DNA from: Geotalea daltonii FRC-32
GTDB taxonomy: Bacteria > Desulfobacterota > Desulfuromonadia > Geobacterales > Geobacteraceae
Assembly (NCBI RefSeq): GCF_000022265.1
Contig: NC_011979.1
Coordinates: 420,001-452,000 of the forward strand
Length of the DNA stretch: 32,000 nucleotides
Direction: 5' to 3'
Below the pieces are notes generated by a model. It was not told the DNA's origin. It saw only the letters and a program-made list of their open reading frames with translations, and searched no databases. The translations under genes were made by a program, and so were the position numbers. This document shows, piece after piece, positions 15,501-21,346 of the stretch (the stretch's first letter is position 1; every line of letters begins with the position of its first letter).

Positions 15501-15938
15501 CATGCCCTGGGGCGAGCCATCGCTGTCATCCCCGGAAAAAGCGAGGCCGATCCCCGTGGCTACTGCCGCCAGGCCGGCTCCCCCCAGCAGCCACCAGCCT
15601 CCGTTGCCGCTGGACCGGTCTTCATCCTTATCGCCGGTCTTGGCTATGTCGCTGCCGGTAGCAGGCCGTGGTTCTGCAGTCTCTGCCTGTACCGGCATGG
15701 CTGCGGTCACGGCACCATCGGCTTCTTTTCCTTCGACAGCCGCAACGATCGTCTTCTTATCATCCTGCGGCTGGTCTTCAGGCTCGACGTTCCCGAAAGC
15801 CTTCTTGACCATGGACGGAGAAAATGCCTGCGCCCCTCTGTCGCCCGGCGCGACCGGAATGGCATGACCTCCCTTTTCCCTGACGGCGATCATTCCGGAA
15901 GTGAGCTTTGCCTCATCGGTGACAATTTTTTTTGCCAT
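12549..15938 (-). CDS. Large (1129 aa) cadherin-repeat, calcium-loop repeat protein; probable type I secretion cargo/adhesin (non-RTX)
   Basis: The start is ATG at 15936-15938, 6 nt after GAGGAGG, giving MAKKIVTDE... The protein has an acidic N-region and a hydrophobic segment GGWWLLGGAGLAAVATGIGLAF. Four cadherin-like repeats with DxNDNxP-type linkers (DRNDNAP, NLNDNSP, DVNEAP) follow. Three novel units of about 190 aa complete it. It is the first gene of the T1SS operon. Confidence 0.85.
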   Translation of the reverse strand: MAKKIVTDEAKLTSGMIAVREKGGHAIPVAPGDRGAQAFSPSMVKKAFGNVEPEDQPQDDKKTIVAAVEGKEADGAVTAAMPVQAETAEPRPATGSDIAKTGDKDEDRSSGNGGWWLLGGAGLAAVATGIGLAFSGDDSDGSPQGMHSNDTEVFNPANPGSSPANSGSNLANFMPNLGNYAVTLAENSAKGTPVGKVSATDADGDTITYTIIAGNDNGAFAIDAASGAITVADASKLDFEATREFTLTVQASDGRLSDTGTVTINLVDRNDNAPVITSGSSGTVAENAPTDTVIYQAAARDADTETTITYSLKPGEDTSLLTIDPGSGTVTLNNSADFETKTSYTFTVIAGDGVNSSEQAVTVSVLNLNDNSPILTSGAGGSVAENAPISTVIYQAAASDADGDASFTYSLKPGGDADLLHVDSATGAVTLRSLADFESKPGYSFTVAVSDGIHTTEQEIAVSVTDVNEAPVITSNGGEATAAISVSENQAAVTTVTATDVDAGDSRTFSITGGADAALFAIDAETGALTFLAAPDREKPADVDHNNIYDVQVAVTDRGGLSDVQDLAVSVTDVREHVVVEASGTWLDLNANGIRDGEDRIRAVFTPGTGNVDLAAVHGVIHYNNIPSGAIDLNGFGADDRIEIDAQAFIDNGHEGLQILTRPHITTLDAFAKFAISHSGKTDNGLEDLATGTRYFNHNTYEALAAPPRTAGVSLTLHDAGNLHFKSNDGPTAIEGQLASGLPSGVPLQQVVDFVHLPEKPAVIHVVVERDGAVIDTDGDGVRDSGENRLAVFDAGGSADLGGTAGVTVHFNDVPLNALNLTGFGADDKVELDVQALEQHNVLRSATRLAGLTALTTITNILNPIRVGYTFNSAGSSPARLIVRETPLSIPFNGLPANANAVMGIADMGANKGNGALAYWSDSGNALNDARHILPSYTGNNEGGVLETLNSNAPHGGLVDFVWPENVMVDGSGAWIDANGDGRRDAGETTAVDLKGDLAANPVTVHVNGIPTTPLDFSGFGSDDRLVVDMDALRHGNDQRVLASQLTAAGRPWTDGYGFSGGTAGAGGKTGVFLAGNTLKFGHGTPGTGTVSLQYTAAGEREGIIALDARALAHHFDQVMFVDSGAGPA
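12843..14210 (-). repeat. Three copies of an unnamed super-repeat of about 190 aa (Ca-loop module plus variable domain) within the cargo gene
   Basis: The aligned cores are:
- WLDLNANGIRDGEDRIRAVF...VIHYNNIPSGAIDLNGFGADDRIEIDAQAF
- VIDTDGDGVRDSGENRLAVF...VTVHFNDVPLNALNLTGFGADDKVELDVQAL
- WIDANGDGRRDAGETTAVDL...VTVHVNGIPTTPLDFSGFGSDDRLVVDMDAL
Each unit is closed by a (V/L)DFV-like strand (VVDFVHLPE, LVDFVWPEN, and C-terminal QVMFVDSG). DTDGDGVRD was verified at nt 13587-13613. Confidence 0.7.
14211..15401 (-). repeat. Four tandem cadherin-like domain repeats (about 100 aa each) within the cargo gene
   Basis: A recurrent pattern is seen: V.EN...GT.V..V.A.DAD.....TY....G.....F.ID..TG.ItV...LDFE......F.V.a.Dg......v.v.v.D.ND.AP. 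Repeats 2 and 3 are roughly half identical at the protein level by eye. Confidence 0.8.
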
Positions 15939-16071
15939 GACCATCCTCCTCAATGCATGGAAGCTCGTAGAAGGCCTACGTAGCGGACAAAAAGCTTTAA
16001 CCGAGCCGGTCACCCAAAGGAGTGAGCGATAAGGGTGACGATAAAATTAAAATAGTATTAGTTAGAAACAA

Positions 16072-16099
16072 ATAATAAAGTGTTAATACTAAATGTCAA
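16072..16099 (-). promoter_or_regulatory. Candidate sigma70-type promoter of the cargo/T1SS operon (TTGACA-N16-TATTAT)
   Basis: On the minus strand, TTGACA (16094-16099), a 16-nt spacer, then TATTAT (16072-16077). It lies in an AT-rich island of about 90 nt within otherwise GC-rich DNA. It implies a leader of about 125 nt before the ATG at 15938. Confidence 0.45.
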
Positions 16100-16292
16100 A
16101 GGGAAAAATTACAGGAGGCTGCATGGGCAAAGCTGAAGGTGGGAGAGGTGATTGAAACCGCGAGACCGCTTCAGCGCAGGCCACAGCGAGCATCAACCCT
16201 GAGCAGTTTCACGCGACAGCGCAACGACGCAACGTTTAATCCGCAAGTGAGGAGAGAGGCTGATGGTTCGATCAGTCTTCCCCTTTTTAATT

Positions 16293-17327
16293 TTACGTTT
16301 TTTCATTGTTTTGCGGGGCAAGCCGAACTATGAGCCCGGATGTGACCAGCGCTACTACGAGCACGGCCGCGGATGCGACGGCACTCGCAAGCAGGTGTGG
16401 CTTAATGAGGAGAATGAGCCCGAGAAGGAACATCATCACCCCGGACAAAAGCTTGAGGACCCGCCCGTGCCGTTCGCTCAGCCTGTGGCTGCCAAGGGTG
16501 ATGGCGAATAGGGCGACGATGCCGGCGAGGGGGATGACATACACCACGTTGTACAGGGCCAGGTAAAGATAATAGACCGGCATCGGCAGGGGCTGCAGGG
16601 TGAGTGCACGCGTATAGATCATGGGGAATCCGGCGGTACAGATCAGCTCGTAAAGGTTTGCGGTAAACGCCAGGAAGATTGTGGCGGCAAGCATGGCGGG
16701 CACCGACCCGGCGCGCATGATGTTGCGCATCCGCTCGAACAGCCTCGGCTTGGCCTGTTCCGGAATGGTCAGGGAGATGCCGCGCTTGAAGAAAAAGTAA
16801 TCCTTGATGTTGATGGTAGCGATGACGATGGCGACGGCCCCGGCAACGGCGGCAATATACTTCAGCCGCCCCACCAGCAGAAAGAAATTGAGCCAGGCAG
16901 CCATGAAGACGAAGTAGAGGAGACCCGAGAAGAGCACGAAAATGCCGCCGATGATCACCATCCGCTTGCGGGAATGGGCGTGCAAAAGGAGCGAAAGGAG
17001 GAAGAAAAGCACGAAGAAGGCACACGGGTTGAAGCTGTCGAGCCCAGCAATGACAAGGGTCAGCACCGGCAACGACAGCCGGGAGGTCTCGACCGTACCG
17101 AGGAGCGGCAATGAGACGCTGTCTTCGGAATCGGAAAGGCCGTCCTGGATCGACTGCTCTGGGGCAGCGCCGTAGGCGGTGCCTTTCTCAAGCACCATGC
17201 CGGCAGGCGCTGACACGGCAGCAGCCTGACCGAGCATGAAAATGGCCACAGCCAGGATAGCAGCGCGGCAACAGGCAGCCAGGCCCGGTCGCGGCCGCCG
17301 ATGTATCAGGGATGGACTATGGATCAT
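16293..17327 (-). CDS. Polytopic membrane protein, CcdA/DsbD-like (cytochrome c biogenesis transmembrane-region family), putative thiol:disulfide electron conduit
   Basis: The N-terminus has a signal/TM segment (AACCRAAILAVAIFMLGQAAAVSA). About 6-7 further TM helices follow. Two membrane-embedded Cys residues sit in Pro/Gly contexts (GLDSFNPCAFF and YELICTAGFP), as in the CcdA/DsbD-beta core. The family assignment is by motif resemblance only. Confidence 0.55.
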   Translation of the reverse strand: MIHSPSLIHRRPRPGLAACCRAAILAVAIFMLGQAAAVSAPAGMVLEKGTAYGAAPEQSIQDGLSDSEDSVSLPLLGTVETSRLSLPVLTLVIAGLDSFNPCAFFVLFFLLSLLLHAHSRKRMVIIGGIFVLFSGLLYFVFMAAWLNFFLLVGRLKYIAAVAGAVAIVIATINIKDYFFFKRGISLTIPEQAKPRLFERMRNIMRAGSVPAMLAATIFLAFTANLYELICTAGFPMIYTRALTLQPLPMPVYYLYLALYNVVYVIPLAGIVALFAITLGSHRLSERHGRVLKLLSGVMMFLLGLILLIKPHLLASAVASAAVLVVALVTSGLIVRLAPQNNEKT

Positions 17328-17335
17328 GGCACTCG

Positions 17336-17488
17336 TTACTGCTCCGGGTTCTCACAGACCGGACAATGCTCCTCGCCGTTTTCCCTGTCCATGTCCAGCC
17401 TTTCCCCGCACACCTCGCAGTTGGCGGAGGGAATCGCTTCCTTTCTCCGCTTCCGGTACCTCTCGCCGAATCTTTTCAAGACTCCCAT
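17336..17488 (-). CDS. Small (50 aa) Cys4 zinc-ribbon protein
   Basis: The ATG at 17486-17488 is preceded by AAAGGAGAG with a 6-nt spacer. The product is MGVLKRFGERYRKRRKEAIPSANCEVCGERLDMDRENGEEHCPVCENPEQ, a basic N-terminus followed by CxxC-N14-CxxC. The stop lies 8 nt before the start of the downstream membrane-protein gene. The upstream part of the 111-aa ORF has no RBS support. Confidence 0.5.
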   Translation of the reverse strand: MGVLKRFGERYRKRRKEAIPSANCEVCGERLDMDRENGEEHCPVCENPEQ

Positions 17489-17757
17489 AATTGGCTCTCC
17501 TTTGCTAATCGGGAAGTGATCCTGCTTAGTCAGTACCAAGACGCATACGAAAAGTTTCCCACAGGATTGGGAATGCTCAAGGGGCTTTTTCAATGGCGCG
17601 GTGGGGAGGCTTGACGTGTTTACCGGAATTGTAACAGTTTCGGCCAGAGGCACCATGGTATACCTCCGCAACTAGTTCCTTGCTGCCTATCAATCTGCGA
17701 CATATTGTGGCGCACATCTCTGCTAGGCTATGCCTAAAAAGCTGCGGGGGGACTGCC

Positions 17758-19056
17758 ATGGCAGCAACTATTGATTTGATGGACAAACTGAAGACCCTTG
17801 CCGAGGGGGCAAAGTACGATGTTTCCTGCGCTTCCAGCGGCAGTCATCGCCGCAACCGGGACGGCATCGGCAATGCCGCTTCCTGCGGCATCTGCCATTC
17901 CTGGACCGCTGACGGCCGCTGTGTCTCTCTATTGAAGATCCTCATGACTAACTGCTGCATCTACGACTGTGCTTACTGCGTCAACAGGCGGAGTAACGAT
18001 ATCCCCCGTACCGGCCTGACACCGGCAGAGGTGGCGGAACTGACCATCGGCTTCTACCGGCGCAACTATATCGAGGGGCTCTTTCTCAGCAGCGGCGTCG
18101 TCGGGTCGCCTGACCGGACCATGGAACTGCTCATCGCGGCGGTGCGGACCCTGCGGGAGACGTATCGCTTCAACGGTTACATTCACCTGAAACTGGTCCC
18201 CGGCGCCGATCCGCTTCTGGTGCAGCAGGCCGGGCTGGTGGCTGACCGGGTGAGCGTCAACCTTGAGCTGCCGACCCGGGAGAGCTTGGCCCTGCTGGCG
18301 CCGGACAAGAGCCGGGAGGCGGTGGTGGAACCCATGCGCCAGGTCAGCAGTCTCATCGTCACCAACCGGGCGGAGCGCAAGGAATCGCGCAAAGTATCAC
18401 CATTTGCCCCGGCCGGCCAGAGCACCCAGTTGATCGTCGGGGCCAGCGGCGAGAGCGACCGGCAAATCGTCACCCTGTCGGAGCAGCTTTACGGGAAGAT
18501 GGACCTGAAACGGGTCTACTATTCCGCCTATATCCCGGTGAATGACGACCGGCGGCTCCCCGCCCGCCCCCTGTCGCCGCTGCGACGAGAGCACCGTCTC
18601 TATCAGGCCGACTGGCTGCTCCGCTATTACGGCTTCAGCGCCCATGAACTGCTGGATGAGCAGTGTCCCAACCTGGAGAGTGACCTTGACCCCAAAACCT
18701 GCTGGGCGCTCCGTCACCGTGAGCTGTTTCCGGTTGAGGTCAATCGGGCGGAGTATGGAGTGCTGCTCCGGGTACCGGGGATCGGGATCCGTTCGGCACA
18801 ACGGATTGTCGCTGCCCGACGTCAGGGGAGCCTTTGCCTGGACGATCTTCCCCTGCTGGGGGTGGTAATGAAGCGTGCCCGCTATTTCCTCACCGCCCGG
18901 GGGCGCTACGCCGGCGACTGTTCCCCGGAGAGCGCCATGCTTCGCAGTCGGCTCATGGCGGCTCCGGCGAAACGGGACCAGGGCCAGCTCTCGCTGGCAT
19001 TTCCCGAAGCAGCAGAGACGGAAGCCGTGGCCAGCGTCATCCGCGGCGAATTATGA
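17758..19056 (+). CDS. Putative DNA modification/repair radical SAM protein with C-terminal helix-hairpin-helix
   Basis: A radical-SAM CxxxCxxC motif is present (CCIYDCAYC). An upstream Cys cluster (AKYDVSCASSG...CGICHSWTADGRC) precedes it. The C-terminus has HhH (LLRVPGIGIRSAQRIVAARRQG). This matches my recollection of the TIGR03916-type family. Start taken as ATG 17758; the alternative is 17779. Confidence 0.82.
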   Translation: MAATIDLMDKLKTLAEGAKYDVSCASSGSHRRNRDGIGNAASCGICHSWTADGRCVSLLKILMTNCCIYDCAYCVNRRSNDIPRTGLTPAEVAELTIGFYRRNYIEGLFLSSGVVGSPDRTMELLIAAVRTLRETYRFNGYIHLKLVPGADPLLVQQAGLVADRVSVNLELPTRESLALLAPDKSREAVVEPMRQVSSLIVTNRAERKESRKVSPFAPAGQSTQLIVGASGESDRQIVTLSEQLYGKMDLKRVYYSAYIPVNDDRRLPARPLSPLRREHRLYQADWLLRYYGFSAHELLDEQCPNLESDLDPKTCWALRHRELFPVEVNRAEYGVLLRVPGIGIRSAQRIVAARRQGSLCLDDLPLLGVVMKRARYFLTARGRYAGDCSPESAMLRSRLMAAPAKRDQGQLSLAFPEAAETEAVASVIRGEL

Positions 19057-19802
19057 TGGGGGGTGACTACTGCTATGATGGCAGCGATGCTGGGCTGCTG
19101 ACCTTGCTGGCCGACATCGTTCCCCGGGGGATAGAACCCCGAACCATCGGTGTAGAGCCGCCGCAGCAGGAGGATCTTTTTGCCGCACCCGTTTTGGTGG
19201 CTACCGATCAGGAGCTGGCGGAGCGGTTCTGGGTTGAACTAACCCGCCGACTGCCGCCGGTCTCCCTGGAACAGCTGCACCGAGCCTGGTACGCCGATCA
19301 TCCCGGGCGGGAGCTGGTGATCTGCCGTTTCATGCTGCTGGTCTGGCGGGAAGGGGGACGGGCAGGCGCCATGCTGGCCCATCCATATGTGGTGCCTCTC
19401 TGGAAGCTGGCGCAGCAGGTGGGACGGGAAGCCCATCGCTACCTGGGCTTCGTCCGCTTCCAGGAAACGACCAGTGGCTACTATTATGCCTCCCTGGAGC
19501 CCGACCATCGCGTTCTATCCCTTATCGCCGGCCACTTTGCCGATCGCTTCCGTGACCAGCACTGGGTTATCCACGACGTGCGCCACGGGGAAGGAATCGT
19601 CTACGACTGCACGCGGCGGCGCTGGCTGCTGCTTCCTATGATGACCGAAGGTGATCCGGAGCTGACTCCGGCGGAGGAAACGTTCCAGAGGCTTTGGCGC
19701 AGCTATTTCGCCGTGCTGGCCATTGGGGAGCGGGAGAATCTCGCGATGCAGCAGGGGAAGGTACCGCTCAAGGTGCGGCCATGGCTGGTGGAGTTTCGGT
19801 AA
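19053..19802 (+). CDS. DUF4130/TIGR03915-type probable DNA metabolism protein, partner of the radical SAM protein
   Basis: The ATG at 19053 (or 19056) overlaps the TGA of the radical SAM gene (ATGATG). The product begins MMGGDYCYDGSDAGLLTLLADIV. It contains GFVRFQETTSGYYYASLEPDHRVLSLIAGHFADRFRDQHWVIHDVRHG, as in the conserved partner family. Confidence 0.78.
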   Translation: MMGGDYCYDGSDAGLLTLLADIVPRGIEPRTIGVEPPQQEDLFAAPVLVATDQELAERFWVELTRRLPPVSLEQLHRAWYADHPGRELVICRFMLLVWREGGRAGAMLAHPYVVPLWKLAQQVGREAHRYLGFVRFQETTSGYYYASLEPDHRVLSLIAGHFADRFRDQHWVIHDVRHGEGIVYDCTRRRWLLLPMMTEGDPELTPAEETFQRLWRSYFAVLAIGERENLAMQQGKVPLKVRPWLVEFR

Positions 19803-19926
19803 AGCATGGCATTCCCCTGCCGAGGAGCGGTACCAGCGATGTTAATCAGGTGGGTAGGAGGCTCGGGAGTTCTAGACCGAAATCACTCCAGAGACCACGC
19901 CACAGACCACGTAGAGAAAGATGCCA

Positions 19927-19968
19927 CAAAAAAAGGGCTTAGCTTTTCGAGCTAAACCCTTGTGTTTT
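19927..19968. terminator. Bidirectional rho-independent terminator (tRNA-Asn on minus strand; rSAM/DUF4130 operon on plus strand)
   Basis: An 11-bp stem with one mismatch pairs agggcttagct (19934-19944) with agctaaaccct (19950-19960). The loop is tttcg. The hairpin is flanked by A7 on the left and tgtgttttt on the right. Confidence 0.65.
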
Positions 19969-20044
19969 TGGCTCCCCAACCCGGACTCGAACCAGGGACA
20001 TGGTGGTTAACAGCCACCCGCTCTACCGACTGAGCTATTGGGGA
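19969..20044 (-). tRNA. tRNA-Asn (anticodon GTT)
   Basis: The reverse complement is TCCCCAATAGCTCAGTCGGTAGAGCGGGTGGCTGTTAACCACCATGTCCCTGGTTCGAGTCCGGGTTGGGGAGCCA. It folds as a cloverleaf with a 7-bp acceptor stem, anticodon loop CTGTTAA, T-loop TTCGAGT and an encoded CCA. Confidence 0.93.
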
Positions 20045-20059
20045 ATAAAGGAAGTCGTA

Positions 20060-20088
20060 TTTATATTTGAAACAGCCGCTGCTGTCAA
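20060..20088 (-). promoter_or_regulatory. Candidate sigma70 promoter for tRNA-Asn (TTGACA-N17-TATAAA)
   Basis: On the minus strand, TTGACA (20083-20088), a 17-nt spacer, then TATAAA (20060-20065). It lies 15 nt upstream of the mature tRNA 5' end. Confidence 0.55.
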
Positions 20089-20095
20089 GCTATTT

Positions 20096-20683
20096 TTATT
20101 TGCCCTTTTTCAGGTCCACAAGAATCAGTTTGGCAACTGCTTTGAGAGTTTCAAATACCCCTTCACCGGTAGTAGCGCATGCTTCGAAATCAGGCACGTT
20201 GGTAGGATTCAGCTCTTTGCGAAGCTCTTCAATGCTGACAACATTGGGCAGGTCTCGCTTATTGTACTGAACAACGTAGGGAATCTTATCCAGATCATAT
20301 CCCTGCTCGGTCAGGTTGATGCGCAGGTTTTCCACTGATTCGATATTTGCTTCCATCCTCTCTTCCTGGGAATCGGCGACAAACACAACGCCGTCAACCC
20401 CTTTCAGAATGAGCTTTCTGGATGCATCATAAAAAACCTGACCGGGAACCGTGTACAGATGGAAACGTGTCTTGAAACCTCTGATCTCGCCCAGTGCAAG
20501 GGGAAGAAAATCGAAAAACAGAGTACGTTCGGTCTCAGTGGCAAGGCTGATCATTTTCCCTTTAGCATCAGCGGCTGTCTTCTGGTAGACGAATTGCAGA
20601 TTGGTTGTTTTACCGCAGAGCCCTGGTCCGTAATAAACAATCTTACAGTTTATTTCGCGGGATGCATAATTGATGAAGGACAT
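20096..20683 (-). CDS. mglA: Ras-like small GTPase MglA (polarity/motility regulator)
   Basis: The product [33 protein letters not shown]...[33 protein letters not shown]...QYNKRDLP is near-identical in layout and motifs to Myxococcus MglA as I recall it. Confidence 0.93.
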   Translation of the reverse strand: MSFINYASREINCKIVYYGPGLCGKTTNLQFVYQKTAADAKGKMISLATETERTLFFDFLPLALGEIRGFKTRFHLYTVPGQVFYDASRKLILKGVDGVVFVADSQEERMEANIESVENLRINLTEQGYDLDKIPYVVQYNKRDLPNVVSIEELRKELNPTNVPDFEACATTGEGVFETLKAVAKLILVDLKKGK

Positions 20684-20703
20684 CTGGCGTTACCCCAAGT
20701 CTG

Positions 20704-21195
20704 TTAGCTGAACAGGTTATCTATATCGTCATCGGTAATTTCTGCAAAGGGAAAATCCGTTTCGCCGCTTTTTTCCTTTTCTTCGGCTTTCTGCATCAAT
20801 CGACCGAAGATGGTTGTCAATTCTTCAGAGGCTTTTTTAACCCGCAGACGGACCAGACCCAGTGATGATCTGTTGTCGAAGAGAACGACAAGAATAACCC
20901 TGCCGCCGACGATGGAGATGTGCAGGTTGTCTTTTTCGCCTTCATGGAAAAGAATGGAGAATTCTTTTTCGCCGATCAGCTTGGCAAGTCCACCGGTAGC
21001 GGCAATATTGCCGGCTGTAAGCGAGGCCAGTGAAGTGGTGTCGAATCGTTCCGTCTCACCTACACCTGTGATGAGCTGACCGTTTTTATCCACAAGAAAG
21101 ATAACCTTGCTGTTGGCTTCCTTTAAAAGCTTTTCAATGACAGCATTTATCTGTTTGAATTCCTCATCGTACATAACCATCTGAGGATTCGACAT
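20704..21195 (-). CDS. mglB: Roadblock/LC7-domain GTPase-activating protein MglB
   Basis: The ATG at 21193-21195 follows AAGGGGTG. The product is MSNPQMVMYDEEFKQINAVIEKLLKEANSKVIFLVDKNGQLI...SLASLTAGNIAATGGLAKLIGE...LGLVRLRVKKASEELT...FAEITDDDIDNLFS. It lies directly upstream of mglA with a 20-nt gap. Confidence 0.87.
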   Translation of the reverse strand: MSNPQMVMYDEEFKQINAVIEKLLKEANSKVIFLVDKNGQLITGVGETERFDTTSLASLTAGNIAATGGLAKLIGEKEFSILFHEGEKDNLHISIVGGRVILVVLFDNRSSLGLVRLRVKKASEELTTIFGRLMQKAEEKEKSGETDFPFAEITDDDIDNLFS

Positions 21196-21239
21196 GTAAC
21201 ACCCCTTGTGCTGTAGGAAGATTTTATTACAGCGCATTT

Positions 21240-21268
21240 TATATAACAGAATTGAAAGATACTTTCAA
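21240..21268 (-). promoter_or_regulatory. Candidate sigma70 promoter for mglBA (TTGAAA-N17-TATATA)
   Basis: On the minus strand, TTGAAA (21263-21268), a 17-nt spacer, then TATATA (21240-21245). It lies about 45 nt upstream of the mglB ATG. Confidence 0.5.
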
Positions 21269-21293
21269 GCTTTAATGGGTATAAGGCACGGCA

Positions 21294-21332
21294 CAAAAAA
21301 AGCTCCGGCTTAAGTGCCGGAGCTTTTTTTTT
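21294..21332 (-). terminator. Rho-independent terminator of the PFOR gene
   Basis: A perfect 9-bp GC-rich stem pairs agctccggc (21301-21309) with gccggagct (21316-21324). The loop is ttaagt. A-run and T-run flanks give a T-tract in either orientation. It lies 22 nt downstream of the PFOR stop. Confidence 0.8.
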
Positions 21333-21346
21333 ACAAAAAATGCCTG

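Noticed and set aside
15696-15707. A VTAAM motif near the cargo N-terminus, and a TAAG motif at 12789-12800, resembling the LapG di-alanine cleavage site.
   Set aside because: No LapG-like protease or LapD gene is in the window. The exact TAAG is at the wrong (C-terminal) end. Short Ala-rich motifs are expected by chance in this composition.
16100-16292. The small ORF 16139..16333 (64 aa) and a short CGCAACG direct repeat between the membrane-protein stop and the T1SS promoter.
   Set aside because: The ORF has no RBS, overlaps the end of the neighbouring gene and has an arbitrary composition. The 7-nt repeat occurs only twice.
17489-17671. The upstream extension of the zinc-ribbon ORF (the 111-aa version starting at 17671).
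   Set aside because: It has no RBS at 17671 and the N-terminal 61 aa are featureless. A strong AAAGGAGAG-N6-ATG at 17488 gives a compact 50-aa Cys4 protein.
17489-17757. A search for an SOS (LexA) box or a sigma54 promoter between the divergent zinc-ribbon and radical-SAM genes. A GGCAC-N5-TATAC and a GGTATACC palindrome were noticed.
   Set aside because: Nothing matches the Geobacter LexA consensus GGTT-N2-C-N4-G-N3-ACC. The GGCAC element lacks the TTGC -12 box. These patterns are too weak to call.
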